Shown: piece after piece, positions 1-11,886 of the stretch | Position numbering within the stretch: the stretch's first letter is position 1 | How the letters are laid out: each line of letters opens with the position of its first letter | NCBI GenBank assembly: GCA_002269645.1 | Contig: NIVC01000635.1 | Span: 1-48,099 of the forward strand | Length of the DNA stretch: 48,099 nucleotides | Origin: Macrostomum lignano | Taxonomy: Eukaryota | Direction: 5' to 3' | Made by a program: the position numbers and the translations under genes | The notes under the pieces: model-generated | Told to the model about the DNA's origin: nothing | Database searches by the model: none | Seen by the model: the letters and a program-made list of their open reading frames with translations, nothing else

Positions 1-457
1 CTCCTCATTATGGAAATCGGGATGAAATGCAGATTTGCGCAGGCCGTGAGGTGCAATTACCAATGCAGCTGGGGGCTTATTGATTCAGCGGCTGAAGGCG
101 CCGCACTTCCCTTTCATGTTAGCAAGTAGCTGATCATCTGACAGACAGCACAGGCTGGCTGCCCCATTGCTAAGCATGCCGTTCTTCCCCAGGCTCCCGG
201 ATGCACGCATCGAGAGCGTGTCAGCCGCTGGCGTGACGAGATGCGAATCAGCCAAGCCATGCTGCAGTCCAACTTGTTAAAAAAACAAAGAACAACACGA
301 AAGGCTGATGGAAGCAGTTTTTATTGGGTAAATTATTTGAAAAGTTTACAGTAAGATTAACAATGTCTCTTCTTTGCTCATTAAAAAGTCAATTAATTAT
401 CTGAGTAAGCAAGTCGGAAGAAATCTGGTAACTTATTTTCGCGTCGGCGTTGACTTC

Positions 458-3400
458 TCACGGGCTCTTGTGAGACGAGCCCACCTTGGGCGAGCGGCCC
501 TTTTTTGCGCGCTTGCCGCCGTCCTCCTTCTCGGCGGCAGTCTCGGCTTGCCCGGACGGGGCCCGCTTGGCAAACAGGCTGTCCAGCGAGTTGTGCCGCC
601 TCAGCCCCATGAGGTGGCGGCAGCGGTCTGAGATGCCGTGGTAGGCCTGCTCAGCCAGCCGCTTGCCGCGCAGATGATCGTCTCTGACTACGAACACTTT
701 GAACTCCGTCTCGGTGAAGACGAGGGCCACCTTCCCGGCGTGGCCGACAACCAGCTGGAAGTCCTTTTCTTCGTCATCCTCTCCGGAAGGAGTCTGACCC
801 TGCTGCCTCTTCCGCAACCTGTGCAGGATGGACCTGCCGAGGACGGTGCCGCTGCCCGCAGAACCGTCGTTGCGAAGGATGGTCAGCTCGTTCTGCGCCT
901 TGTCCAGCACGACGATGAGCGAGCCGTCTCCGATGAACCGGGGAATCGTGTCCAGCTGCTGAGCGTCGGCACCATCCGGGGACAGGCTGAGCTGCTTGAG
1001 GGCGTCTCCACGGGTGGTGTCGTACAGGCGCAAGCTCTTGTCGATTCCGACCTTGCCGTCCCTAGTGATGTCCCGGATGTAGTCCTGCGTTGAGAAGGAG
1101 GAGATGACACAGGCTTTCTGAATGTCTACCTTAGCGTACTGGATCTCGTTCTCCTTGATGACGAATTGGAGCAGCACGATGTTGGGACTTTCGTCCGGCA
1201 CTAGCATGCCCTTGATCAGGGGGATTCTGGCGTACTCGTCGATTCCCTTCAACAGACTCGCCACATCAACCTCGTGCTGGACTCTCTCGAACAGCTTGCC
1301 CCCGAGCGTCTTGACGAAGCGGCCGTTTCTGCCGCAACAGATCACCAAGCGGCTGTTGGACTCAACAAGTTTTGACGCGATGATCCTGTGCTCGAGATAC
1401 GTCTGCTGAAGGAACTGGCCGGTCTGCAGGTCGTACGCGCTCAAAATGTCATTCGCTTCCGGCGACTCCCGCGTCCTGCTGGCGTGGTCCGGCTTCAGCG
1501 TGAGCAGCAGTCGGCTGTGACGTGGCTCACGGCTTCTCCGGTGATGGAAATCTGGCTTACCAACTGCCCCGTGTCCGTGTCGTGCACCCGAATCACCTTC
1601 TGACCATACGGATCGCCCGGCTTGGCCGCGGCTTTGCTGGCCTTCCCACTGTTGGCGTGGCCTCGATGTAGAGACCGCCGGTGAAGTAGTTCCTGTTCGG
1701 CAGCTCAGGCTTCCGCAGGTTTGCTCCCCTTTCCCGCGCCACGGCGCCGCCTCGGGCATCTGGCTGGCTTGAAAAGTCTTCAGTTGCTGACGCGCGCTTT
1801 GGCTTCTTGGCTTCAAAAATGAGAAGCAGCTTCTCTCCGTCCGGAGTGATCTTGCGCTGCACTGGAAAGCTGCCGATAACCTCTGATTTGTGCGTCATGT
1901 CGTAGCTCAGGTAGCTGCCATTGTCCAGATTGAGGAAGGTGAAGTCGCAAAGATTCGGGTTGTTGTCATACAGAATGTTCAAGTCGGTGTGGTAGTAGGG
2001 GCTGTTCAACGCCGTGCCGTAGTAGGCAACCTGGGCCTCCACCTGAGTTGGACGATCACTGGGTGACTTCAGACTGCTTAGAGTGACCTGATTCGGCGTG
2101 ACCAACAGGGTGAGTCGCTCCTTCACTACGTAGACATCTTCGATCCGGCTTCCAATACTGACCTGCTGGACGAGCTCTCCAGAGCTGCAGTTGAACAGGC
2201 GGACGGTGGTGTCGCTCTCGCTGTGCAGCACGAACTGGTACACGTGCGCGCCGTCCACGGAGAACCGGGTTACTGCGTTGGGCACCTGCGGCAACACGGC
2301 CTGAACAGTTTTCTGACTCAATGACCAGATTGTCTCCACTGTGCGAATGTCGTTGATGTTGTACTCAACAATGAGATACTTCTCATCGATAGACAGCATC
2401 ATGTTGGTCACGGATGTGTGAGACTTGTATTTAGCGAACAGGCTCTTAAACTCGGGTCCAAGGTTTTCTTGCCTCTCTAAGCTGAACTCCATGGAAGGCG
2501 TCAGCTTCTTGATGTCGCGCTTGATGGCCTGGGCGATGTCGTAGCGCAAGACGAGTCCGAGGTTTTTGCAGCCAACGAACACAAACTCGGTGCGCGCGTT
2601 GGACAGCAGGCAGGTGGAATAGAGGTGGCAGGACAGAACGCAAACCTGGTCTCCTGTTGTTGTGTTGAGCAAGCGCAGGTTCGTCTCAACCTTACTTGAG
2701 TCGGTCTTCCAAGCTTTTGGCGCGATAATGTACTTGTCGTTGGGCGTGATCAGGAACGGCCAGTGGAAGTTCTTGAACTCCAGGGCCGGTGACGCATTCG
2801 AGTGCTGGTAGACGCGCACTTTGCCATCCACGCGAAGCACAACGTAGCTTTTGGTCAGGTAAACAATTTTAGGCTTCTCCGAGGCTCTGAACTCCAGCTT
2901 GTTGTCAAAGGTGGCGGTGCTGAGGTTCAGAAACAAGTAGCCGCAGGTGTCCCTGTCAGAGACCCGCTTTTTATAGTAAAGCAGCATCTGCTCGTCAGTC
3001 TGCGGCATGTAGGTGATGCTCAAAAACTTGCTGCCATCGTGCTCGCCTAAGTTGAGGATCTGCGACTTCGTGGCGGACTTCGCGTCCCACACGTAGAGGA
3101 ACAGCTCGCCGTTGATGAGCAGCAGCGTGGCCAGGAATCGGTTGTCCGGCGACAGGGCGCACTGGATCGGAACGCTTGCGGGCCCCGGAAGTGGCACCTT
3201 GGTTTCGTCCATCTCCACTGGCGGAAATGAAGGCACAACCGGGCAGAGGCAGTTCACGCGGCTTCCCTGACTGTCGATCTGCTGCAGCAGACCGGTGATG
3301 AGAACCTGTGAGCCGGCCAGGTGGCAGAGACGGCCGGACAGTTCGATTCCCATGAGGCTGAGGTCTTTCTCGATTATTGGAGCGAGCAACCTGAGCAGAG

Positions 3401-6400
3401 AAATCAGCACCTCAACCTCCTGGTTTGCTCGAACCTCGTAGTTCTGGCGCAGAAAGTAGAACTCGGAGATCAAATCGTTTACGCTGAACGCGTTGAGCTT
3501 GGCGTACAAGTAATCAAAGTTGAAGAGGCAGGAGCGGTACAGGTCGGACACTTTCTCCCCCTTGAGGAGACTGTAAGTGAGCTCGCTCAGCTTCCTGTTG
3601 TTGCTCACGGAAAGATCGCGTCCACTCCACATGAAGGACTGGTACAGAGCCACTCGGTCCACGTTGACGCTTTTGGACTCATCGCCGTCTGTCTGAGACT
3701 TTTCAAAAAGCGGCTTCGCCTTGGCCCCGGCCCAGCGACCGCTCCAGTACTCGGCGAGCTGCTGGCTGACCTGCACGCCGAACTCCTTGTTGAGCTGGTA
3801 GTAGTCTGTCACAGCTGAGCGGAGGACATCGTGTGCCCACGTGTACACCAGTCGGTCATCCAGCTGCACCCGGATCAGGTAGAGCTCGACGTCGTCCAGA
3901 AATGCCGTGATGATCCCCATGGGGACTCGGTAGAAGTTCGAGTGCTTGGCGTCGAACCCGGAGTCTACAGCGACAGAATTGTCCAGGCTGAGGACATCCT
4001 GCAGCTCCGGGAGCGACAGGCCAAAGCGCGAGCAGCTGATGTACGACAGAATGCTCTTCACTACCCACAGGCCGTGCTTCTGCTCAAGCTGCTCCAGGCG
4101 TTTCATAAAGACGAGCTTGACTCGGTCGGGCAGCTTGTCTTCGCGGCAGGGCAGGACATCGGCCAGGATGATTGTGTACAGCGGATACGAGTTGTTCTGC
4201 AGCAGCGAGTTCGCCAGCTCGCGGTTCTTGTCGCCGATGGCTTTTCCTTTGGCCGCCAGGATGCTGGGAAACTCCTTGATGGCCGCGGATGGGACGACGC
4301 CGGTCAGCGTCAGGGAGCTGCTGTCGTCAAAGCGGCGCTTGAAATTGGTGAGGAAACTTTCGCTGCCGGCCGTCACCAGCACTTTGACGTTGGCCGGCAG
4401 CCGGTGCGGCAGCCAGCGGAACAGCTCGGTGTGGCTCTGCGGGTACAGAAGGTCGATGTCGTCCAGCACGATCAGCAGCTGCTTCTTGAAGCCGGGAAGC
4501 TGCAACGCCCGCGTGAAGTCGTACACGACCTGGGCGTACTCGCAGCTAGGCGCGAACTGTCTCCTGGCGTGGAAGTAGATTTCCTGCGTGACGCTGGCGA
4601 TGATCTGCTGCAGCGTGCAGGACAGAGTGGTTCGCCCGCAGCAGCGCTTGATGATCACCAGATTGTCGTCAGTCATCTGGTCAATCAGCTGCTTGATGAT
4701 GGCGGTCTTGCCTGAGCCGTGGTCGCCGTAAAGAAGGCCGGGCAGCTGAGACTTGGAGGCCACGTAGTTCTGCAGGATTTTGAGCTCCCGGTCTCGGCTG
4801 AACACGGGCGGACGGACCCGCTGGCCTGCCAAAACGGCGCTGTGCGTCTCGATCTCCATCGGCAGCGGCAAGGCCAGGAACTCGTGTCTGCCGCAGAATT
4901 TCATCACGTGATTCTTCAGCTTTTCAAAGGTCTGCTTGGCAAAGATGGTCAGGTAGGTTGTGGCCTTCATGTCCTTGCTGGCCAGCGGGGTCTCGGCCAG
5001 CTTGCTGACCACGTTCGACTTGTTCCGCTGCACCAGCTTGTACTCGGACAGCATGGCGGACGAGATGGAGAATCGAACGTAGTTCTCCTTGGGCAGGCGC
5101 TGCAGGAACTCCTCGCGCAGCTGCTGCACCTTCTCGTTGCTCGACTGGCTGAATCGACCGAATGCGTCCAGGTCGAGGAACTGCTCCTTCAGCTCCGGGT
5201 CCTCGGTGGCGCCCCATTCGCGGACGTCTTTCAGCACTCGGGCAAAGGCGATGCACTGATCAATGGGTTTCTTGTCCGTCCTGAGGTACTTCAGGTAGTG
5301 CTCAACGGCTGCAAGTCAGGGTTCAGGGTTCAGTTTTTTAGTTAGATTTTAGTTAGAGGCAGGTCGCTGTGTGCACCCTGGCGCACTTTAGGCGACATTG
5401 TCGCACAACCGGCGAGAGGCATTGCTGCCCATTCCGCCGACCCCCCTGAGCAGGCACACAAGCGCGCGGATACGTACGCAGTCATACGCAAAGGCACACA
5501 CTCGCGCAGGAGTGTACAGCGGCCCTAACTTTATTTATCGTTAGGAATGTGCACTTCACTGTGCCTTGGGGGTTGGCCATCAAGGCCGTTAATTGCACTC
5601 GAAATCGAGACAGCTCAGCTAGGCCCCCGTTCGCGATTCGGCTTACGAGGAACGAAAAGAGCGTCGACCTGGTCCTGCGTCAGCGTTCCGTCGCCCACCG
5701 CCTCGCTGGCGACCTGCGGCAGTCGCTGGCGAAGGCTCTCGGCCAGGTCGGGCGCCGCGCCCTGCAGTTTGTAGCTCAGGTCCGACTGCTTGGCGTACAG
5801 CTTCTGGAAGCTCGTCCACAGCGGGTCATTTTTCTTTTTCAACCCGTTGAGAAAGGCGGCGAACTCCGGCTCGCTCAGCTGGGGCGGGAGCTTTGAGTTG
5901 CCGAACTTCTCGCCCACGAGCACCTACGATAGGGAAGTGGGCAGGCAGTGCAGTTGTGAGTAGGCCAGCTGCAAGCACAGAGTAGTGCTGAGGAATCCCT
6001 GTCTGCTCAAGAGTTGATCCTGATCACCCTAGAACGAGTCCTGATCACCAATAACCTGTCCCGATTACCGCACGAGTCCCAATTACCCAAGAACCGGTCC
6101 CAATTACCCAAGAACCCGTCCCAATTACCCAAGAACCGGTCCCGATTACCCAAGCACCTGTCCCGATTACCCAAGCACCAGTCCCGATTACCCAAGAACC
6201 GGTCCCGATTACCCAAGCACCAGTCCCGATTACCCAAGCACCAGTCCCGATTACCCAAGAACCGGTCCCGATTACCCAAGCACCAGTCCCGATTACCCAA
6301 GAACCGGTCCCGATTACCCAAGAACCGGTCCCGATTACCCAAGAACCGGTCCCGATTACCCAAGCACCAGTCTCGATTACCCAAGCACCAGTCCCGATTA

Positions 6401-6910
6401 CCCAAGCGCCAGTCCCGATTACCCAAGCACCAGTCCCGATCACCAGTCCCGGTCACGGATCAAGAATCACTCTGCCAGGCAGACTCACCAGAGCCGCGGG
6501 CCCATCGCTGGTGTCGAAACAGTCGTCGCTGTCCCGCAAGCAGTCGCGGGATGACCTCTTGGGCAGTTTGACCCCGGCAGAGCTTTGCAGCGGGTCGATG
6601 AGCTGTTGGAGGGGGGATTTTGAGCCCAGATTGAGCTGAGGCAATCACAATCAAGGCCCATCCAGAATTGAAATCTCACCAGAAAGTCGGTAGAAAATGT
6701 CTCGATACAAAACTTTCTCAGCTGAGGCGTGACCACGTTCTGCAGGATGGACTTCTCCACTTCGAACTCTGAAATGTTGCGGAGGGGGCTGCAGTGGCTG
6801 GGGGGGGTCCTTGGCTCAGCAAAAGAATGCAGCTGACTGGAGCTGAACCAACCTCCTTCGTTGGAGAACAAGAAGACGCGGACCTCCCGCCTGAGCTTCT
6901 TGCTGGCCAT
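458..6910 (-). CDS. NACHT- and WD40-domain STAND NTPase (NWD1/NWD2-like); exons 6853-6910, 6680-6768, 6489-6635, 5647-5923, 458-5308; frame discontinuity at about 1495-1705
   Basis: GT-AG junctions with matching phases give MASKKLRREVRVFLFSNEG-EFEVEKSILQNVVTPQLRKFC...SDGPAAL-VLVGEKFGNSKLPP (DUF4062-like NWD N-terminus). Walker A GDHGSGKT, Walker B LLIVLDDID, helical region (SRFGLSLPEL...YTWAH) and beta-propeller-like C-terminus. ORFs 1593-5237 and 458-1816 overlap in different frames. An in-frame upstream ATG at 7018 is an alternative start. Confidence 0.85.
6050..6445. repeat. 21-bp minisatellite (cccgattacccaagaaccggt / cccgattacccaagcaccagt) in NWD intron
   Basis: Direct tandem copies visible; they explain the repetitive ORFs at 6007-6571. 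Confidence 0.95.
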
Positions 6911-8029
6911 GGCAGCTGGCTGGGACCTGACGGGCAAGTCAGAGTTGCTTATTAGTTTTCGGCTTGAGAACTGCTCAGGAAAAGCAGCCTGTTTTGCTTG
7001 CTTAGCGCACTCGAGCATCTAACTGAGTATGAAGTAAGCGACGGCTGCGGTTGAGATAATGGGGCGCTCTGTCGGCATGGCGACTCACCCTGCCCCCCCC
7101 CCAGACCCCGCTAGTCTCGTCTTACAGCTCGCCTCTTTGCTCATTTTGCGGGCTCAGATTCTTCTGTATAACAAAAGCAATTGTATCTGAGTGAGTGCTC
7201 AGGCTGCCCGGCGAGTGCACAGCTCGCTCAGCTTGGGACCCCTCCTGCACTGCCTTCATTGCGCTCGCCGGGGTGGGGCCTGAGAATTTCAAACCTATTG
7301 AGCTGTGCGCTCAAATTGAGCAGCAAAATCGAATGGTGCAGCTGAATCCCATCGAGAGCTGGGACTTTGTTTGCACCGGCGGGGCGACGGCTCTAGGGAA
7401 ATCTCGATGATGAAGCTAGCGGGAGGCTGGGATAAAGTTCGGAGGGGGGAGGGAATGTCGCACTACCGCAGGGGATCTTGAGGCACTGTAGAAAATTGCT
7501 CGAGACCCTCATGGGACGGCAGCTTGGAGATATTTAAAACTCTGTCCCGGTCGCTGATCAACCGGATTGCCCCGGCAGGCAGGCGCAAGAAAGCCTGGAT
7601 TGAAAGAGCAGTGCGATGGAGGCCAGAGCCTGACCCCGGAAGCGCGTTGCAATTTTGCTGGAACACGGGTGGGGCCTAGCAGGATACCTGGATAATTACT
7701 CCTTCATCTGTGTTTGCAATTTCCAGACGCGTGAAAGAGTCATTAATGAAAGCCGGCGGCGCAAGGGAAGCGCAAAGGGAGGCATAGGTGATGAAGCATT
7801 GCAGCAGCCGATTCTGCCGCAGATTCTGCGCAGAAGCATCTCCCGATCGGGGAAACGAGGGGGCTGTGGGGAGGGGGTCACCGGCCTCCCCAGACACTAG
7901 CAAACACCCAGAGTCGGAGCCTGAGATCGCAACTCCCCAGACTGCAGGTTTTCAGTTTACACACAAAGGCAAGGCGACTACATGTTACATTCTTGCAAAA
8001 ACTTGGTCTCAGTTTTAAGCTCAGTGGAA

Positions 8030-8350
8030 TCCCTCAGTGGAATCCCCTCGATGAAATCCCCTCAATGGAATCCCTCAATGGAATCCCTCAATGGAATCCC
8101 TCAATGGAATCCCTCAATGGAATCCCTCAGTGGAATCCCCTCAATGGAATCCCTCAGTGGAATCCCTCAATGGAATCCCCTCAATGGAATCCCTCAATGG
8201 AATCCCTCAATGGAATCCCTCAATGGAATCCCCTCAATGGAATCCCTCAATGGAATCCCACAATGGAGTCCCTCAGTGTAATCCCTCAATGGAATCCTTC
8301 AGTGGAATCCCCTCTGTGGAATTCCCTCAGTGGAATCCCCTCTGTGGAAT
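8030..8350. repeat. 13/14-bp minisatellite (tggaatccctcaa)
   Basis: Tandem copies visible between the divergent NWD and GPCR genes. Confidence 0.95.
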
Positions 8351-9675
8351 CCCAGACGGTGGATTTTCTCAGCATCACTCATCATTTCCTTTGTTGGGAC
8401 GAAAGTTGAGCACTGCTAAGCTGATGAGCTGATCGATGTTTATTTATTCTCAAAAGATGAACAGAAAACTTGCCACTAGAGGGGGGAGAGGATGGCCACA
8501 TTTAAAGTGCATGAATGTACGTGCTGTACGCAAGGTGCTCATGTACTCATATATCGTTTGAGCATTACATCTCTCCTCACTCGGATTAAATAATAAAGGG
8601 ATAAAAGCAAAACATCATTTAAGGCTCATTCACACTGCCATCAATCGAGCCACCAAAGCACACGACCAATGTTTAAATGAATCCAATTTGATGTACATAT
8701 TGCGTGATCACACAGAATTTGGTCTTATTTGATGGCAGTGTGAACGAGCCTTCAGACTCGATGCCTCCTGGAGCCCGGCTCCGTGCAGTGCTCCGTCTGC
8801 GGGCTCGCCAGTCGCCTCTTCGACGCCTGTCTCAGCGGTTGACTCGGCCTGGCACTTACTTGACTCAGCTGCAGGGGGTTCCGGGCATCCGGATGCAGCG
8901 AGGAGGCGTTGCCGCCCATTCTGCCAATCCCTGGCCACCACGGGCAGCTGGTGCTGACTCCATAAGTCGCTGAAAGCCCGACCGCCCGACCGCTAGCAAC
9001 CGGGAAACTCCCCGGCTAAGAGCCCGGACGAACCAAAGGACCATCAGCGCGGTGCCACACTGGGCCCTTGAAAGGGGACAGTAGGGCTGTTTCCGGAGCC
9101 TGCGGACTGGCCGCATACCCTGTTAAGGTCAGAGGGTGATACCTGTTCCTCAGAGCCGTGACCAGAGGTACCTGATGCACTACAGGTGCACTACCGAGTG
9201 GAGCCCGTACCCAAAACGGCCAAGACAGAAGCCAAGGCCACGGATGGGTTGCCGCCGCCGGAGCCCAGTCAGTCCAGCAGCCCTGGAGCTGCCTTGAACA
9301 CACGCGGGACGGTGAACCCCAGGGTCGGCTTGCGAGTCAGCTTGGAGAGAGCTCGTCTACCGTAAGCCTGGTGTGTCTCATGCTACACAGGCGTGTTGAG
9401 CCCACCATTGCATGCTGCAGCTCCGGCAGCTTCTTGACCTGGTTGGCGTGTCGTTGGCAGGGGCTCTCGCCACGCTGAATGACCAGGGCGTCTCCGTGGA
9501 CCTCGGCCTGGGAGCACTTCAGTTTGCAAGCAGGAAGTGTCTCCAGCTTCTGGCTCTGGGCCTCCTTGTCACTGGCTGGCCCCCTCGGACCAATCAGGGA
9601 GTTTTATCCTGATAGTTAAATTTTCTTTGAGGCAGCCATAGGGAGACAGCCGAGACCTGCTGCCCGCCTGCCGCC

Positions 9676-10890
9676 ATGTTCGAAGGCGCCTTCATCAAGC
9701 GCAGGTTCGGCCTGAACGCCACTGAATGCGGCCCGCTGCGGCCCATGCTGAACTTCAGCAGGGACCAGCTGGTCAGCCGGTCCTGCGACTCTGCCGACGT
9801 CACCATGTCCTACGCCCTGCTGCCCGCCTCCCTGCTGGCCCTGCTGCTCAGCCTCACCGCCCTGCAGGTGCTCAGGTCGCCCCGGCACCGGCGCAACGCC
9901 TTCCGGTTCTCCCTGGCTGCGCTGAGCGCCTGCCAGTGCCTCTACCTGCTGTGCGCCACCCTGGACTTCGCCAACCTGGCCAGCGGGGCCTGCCTGTACT
10001 GGTCGCAGCCGGACAAGCACGCCAGGGTGCTGCTGGCAGGCATCGTCTGCTGCCTGGGCGACAGCTTCCTGAGCCTGCGCAACTGGTGCTACGTGCTGAT
10101 CACGGCGCAGCGGGCCGAGGCCCTGGCCTGCCCTCTGCGCGGCCGGAAGCTGCTGCGGCCGAGGAACTTCCTGCTGGGCCTCGGCGTGGCCTGGCTGGCC
10201 GCCCTGCTGCTGGCCGTCACCCGGTCCCTCGCCGAGGTCTTCGTTGTCTGCGAGGACGCCGAGGCCGATCAGACAGTCGGGCACGTCGGCATGCCGGCCA
10301 AGGCCCAGGACTCTGACCTGGAGGACACCTACAACTTCCTCAACGGTAGCTGGTTCGACAAGTTCGAGGTTGGTGCCTACTTCCTGTACCAGACGAATGG
10401 GCCCATTGCTCTGGTGATATTCTTCACGGTTGTCATGGTCGTCAAGATGTTCAAGAGCAGCAACGACAGTCGGCAGGAGCAGCGGCAGTCAGAGAGACAG
10501 CAGCCGCAGGCGCGGCTTCAGCTGGTGCAGACCAGCCGGATGCGGAGCAACAAGCTGTACGCCAGCCGCACCGTCCTGTGCATGGCGCTGGTGTTCTCCG
10601 TGCTGCACCTGCCCGCCTTCGTGGGCACCGCGCTGCAGAACTTCTCTCCAGACTTCGACATTACCAGCACCTATGGCAAAGCGTTCCAGGGCGTCTGCGA
10701 GGTCAGCCTGCTGCTGGACTTCATCTGCACCGTCCTGGTGCTGATCGCCTTTGTGCCCGAGTTCAAGTACGCCTGCTCCAACCGCTGCTGCTGCTGCTGC
10801 CGGGCCCGCCAACGTCAGCCGAGGCCAGCGGTGCGGCAGGCAGCTTGCAGGCAGCGGGCCAGGCGGCAGCTGGCTGATGCCGCCGTCTGA
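9676..10890 (+). CDS. Intronless rhodopsin-class (class A) 7TM GPCR, probably peptide-receptor-like
   Basis: 404-aa ORF with about 7 hydrophobic segments, DRY-equivalent QRAEALACPL after TM3, TM6 motif FSVLHLP, TM7 followed by PEFK and a CCCC putative palmitoylation cluster. ATG in good context (gccgccATG). Confidence 0.85.
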   Translation: MFEGAFIKRRFGLNATECGPLRPMLNFSRDQLVSRSCDSADVTMSYALLPASLLALLLSLTALQVLRSPRHRRNAFRFSLAALSACQCLYLLCATLDFANLASGACLYWSQPDKHARVLLAGIVCCLGDSFLSLRNWCYVLITAQRAEALACPLRGRKLLRPRNFLLGLGVAWLAALLLAVTRSLAEVFVVCEDAEADQTVGHVGMPAKAQDSDLEDTYNFLNGSWFDKFEVGAYFLYQTNGPIALVIFFTVVMVVKMFKSSNDSRQEQRQSERQQPQARLQLVQTSRMRSNKLYASRTVLCMALVFSVLHLPAFVGTALQNFSPDFDITSTYGKAFQGVCEVSLLLDFICTVLVLIAFVPEFKYACSNRCCCCCRARQRQPRPAVRQAACRQRARRQLADAAV

Positions 10891-10904
10891 TTGGGAGATG
10901 CGGT

Positions 10905-11886
10905 ACAATCACGTGACTTATTGCCGCCTGACTGGGGAAGTGTTTCGATTACGTGACTTATTGCCGTCTGTCTTGGGAAGGCAATTTAATCACGTGACTT
11001 ATTGCCGTCTGTCTGGGGAGGTGGTTCAATCACGTGACTTATTGCCGCCTGACTGGGGAGGTGGTTCAATCACGTGACTTATTGCCGCCTGACTGGGCGA
11101 AGTGTTTCGATTACGTGACCTTCTGCCGTACGATTGGTGAATGTGGTTTAATCGCGTGACTTATTGCCGTCTGTCTGGGGAGGCGGTTCAATCACGTGAT
11201 TTATTGCCGTCTGCCTGGGGAGGCGGTTCAATCACGTGACTTATTGCCTCTGTCTGGGAAGGCGGTTCAATCCCGTGACTTATTGCCGTCTGTCTTGGGT
11301 AGGCGGTTTAATCACGTGACTTATTGCCGTCTGTCTTGGGTAGGCGGTTTAATCACGTGACTTATTGCCGTCTGTCTTTGGTAGGCGGTTTAATCACGTG
11401 ACTTATTGCCTCTGTCTGGGAAGGCGGTTCAATCCCGTGACTTATTGCCGTCTGTCTTGGGTAGGCGGTTTAATCACGTGACTTATTGCCGTCTGTCTTG
11501 GGTAGGCGGTTTAATCACGTGACTTATTGCCGTCTGTCTTTGGTAGGCGGTTTAATCACGTGACTTATTGCCTCTGTCTGGGAAGGCGGTTCAATCCCGT
11601 GACTTATTGCCGTCTGTCTTGGGTAGGCGGTTTAATCACGTGACTTATTGCCGTCTGTCTTGGGTAGGCGGTTTAATCACGTGACTTATTGCCGTCTGTC
11701 TTTGGTAGGCGGTTTAATCACGTGACTTATTGCCTCTGTCTGGGAAGGCGGTTCAATCCCGTGACTTATTGCCGTCTGTCTTGGGTAGGCGGTTTAATCA
11801 CGTGACTTATTGCCGTCTGTCTTGGGTAGGCGGTTTAATCACGTGACTTATTGCCTCTGTCTGGGAAGGCGGTTCAATCACGTGAC
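10905..11886. repeat. 39-41-bp minisatellite with TCACGTGA core and a 162-bp higher-order repeat
   Basis: Unit aatcacgtgacttattgccgtctgtcttgggtaggcggttt; the variant unit starting ttattgcctc recurs at 11241, 11403, 11565 and 11727. Confidence 0.95.

Noticed and set aside
60-280. Possible extra minus-strand terminal exon after NWD (acceptor near 277)
   Set aside because: No convincing phase-matched donor or protein similarity, and the NWD ORF already has a stop at 458.
6007-6571. Repetitive ORFs (GNRDWCL, SRLPKNR) and similar ORFs at 7982-8432, 14987-15509, 18365-18824, 19024-19353, 23645-24651, 35141-35834, 47460-47690
   Set aside because: They are translations of tandem repeats that lack stops in some frames, and most lie in introns or intergenic DNA.
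7460-7800. Exon-like GC-rich segments on the plus strand
   Set aside because: They could not be joined into a consistent ORF or recognised family.
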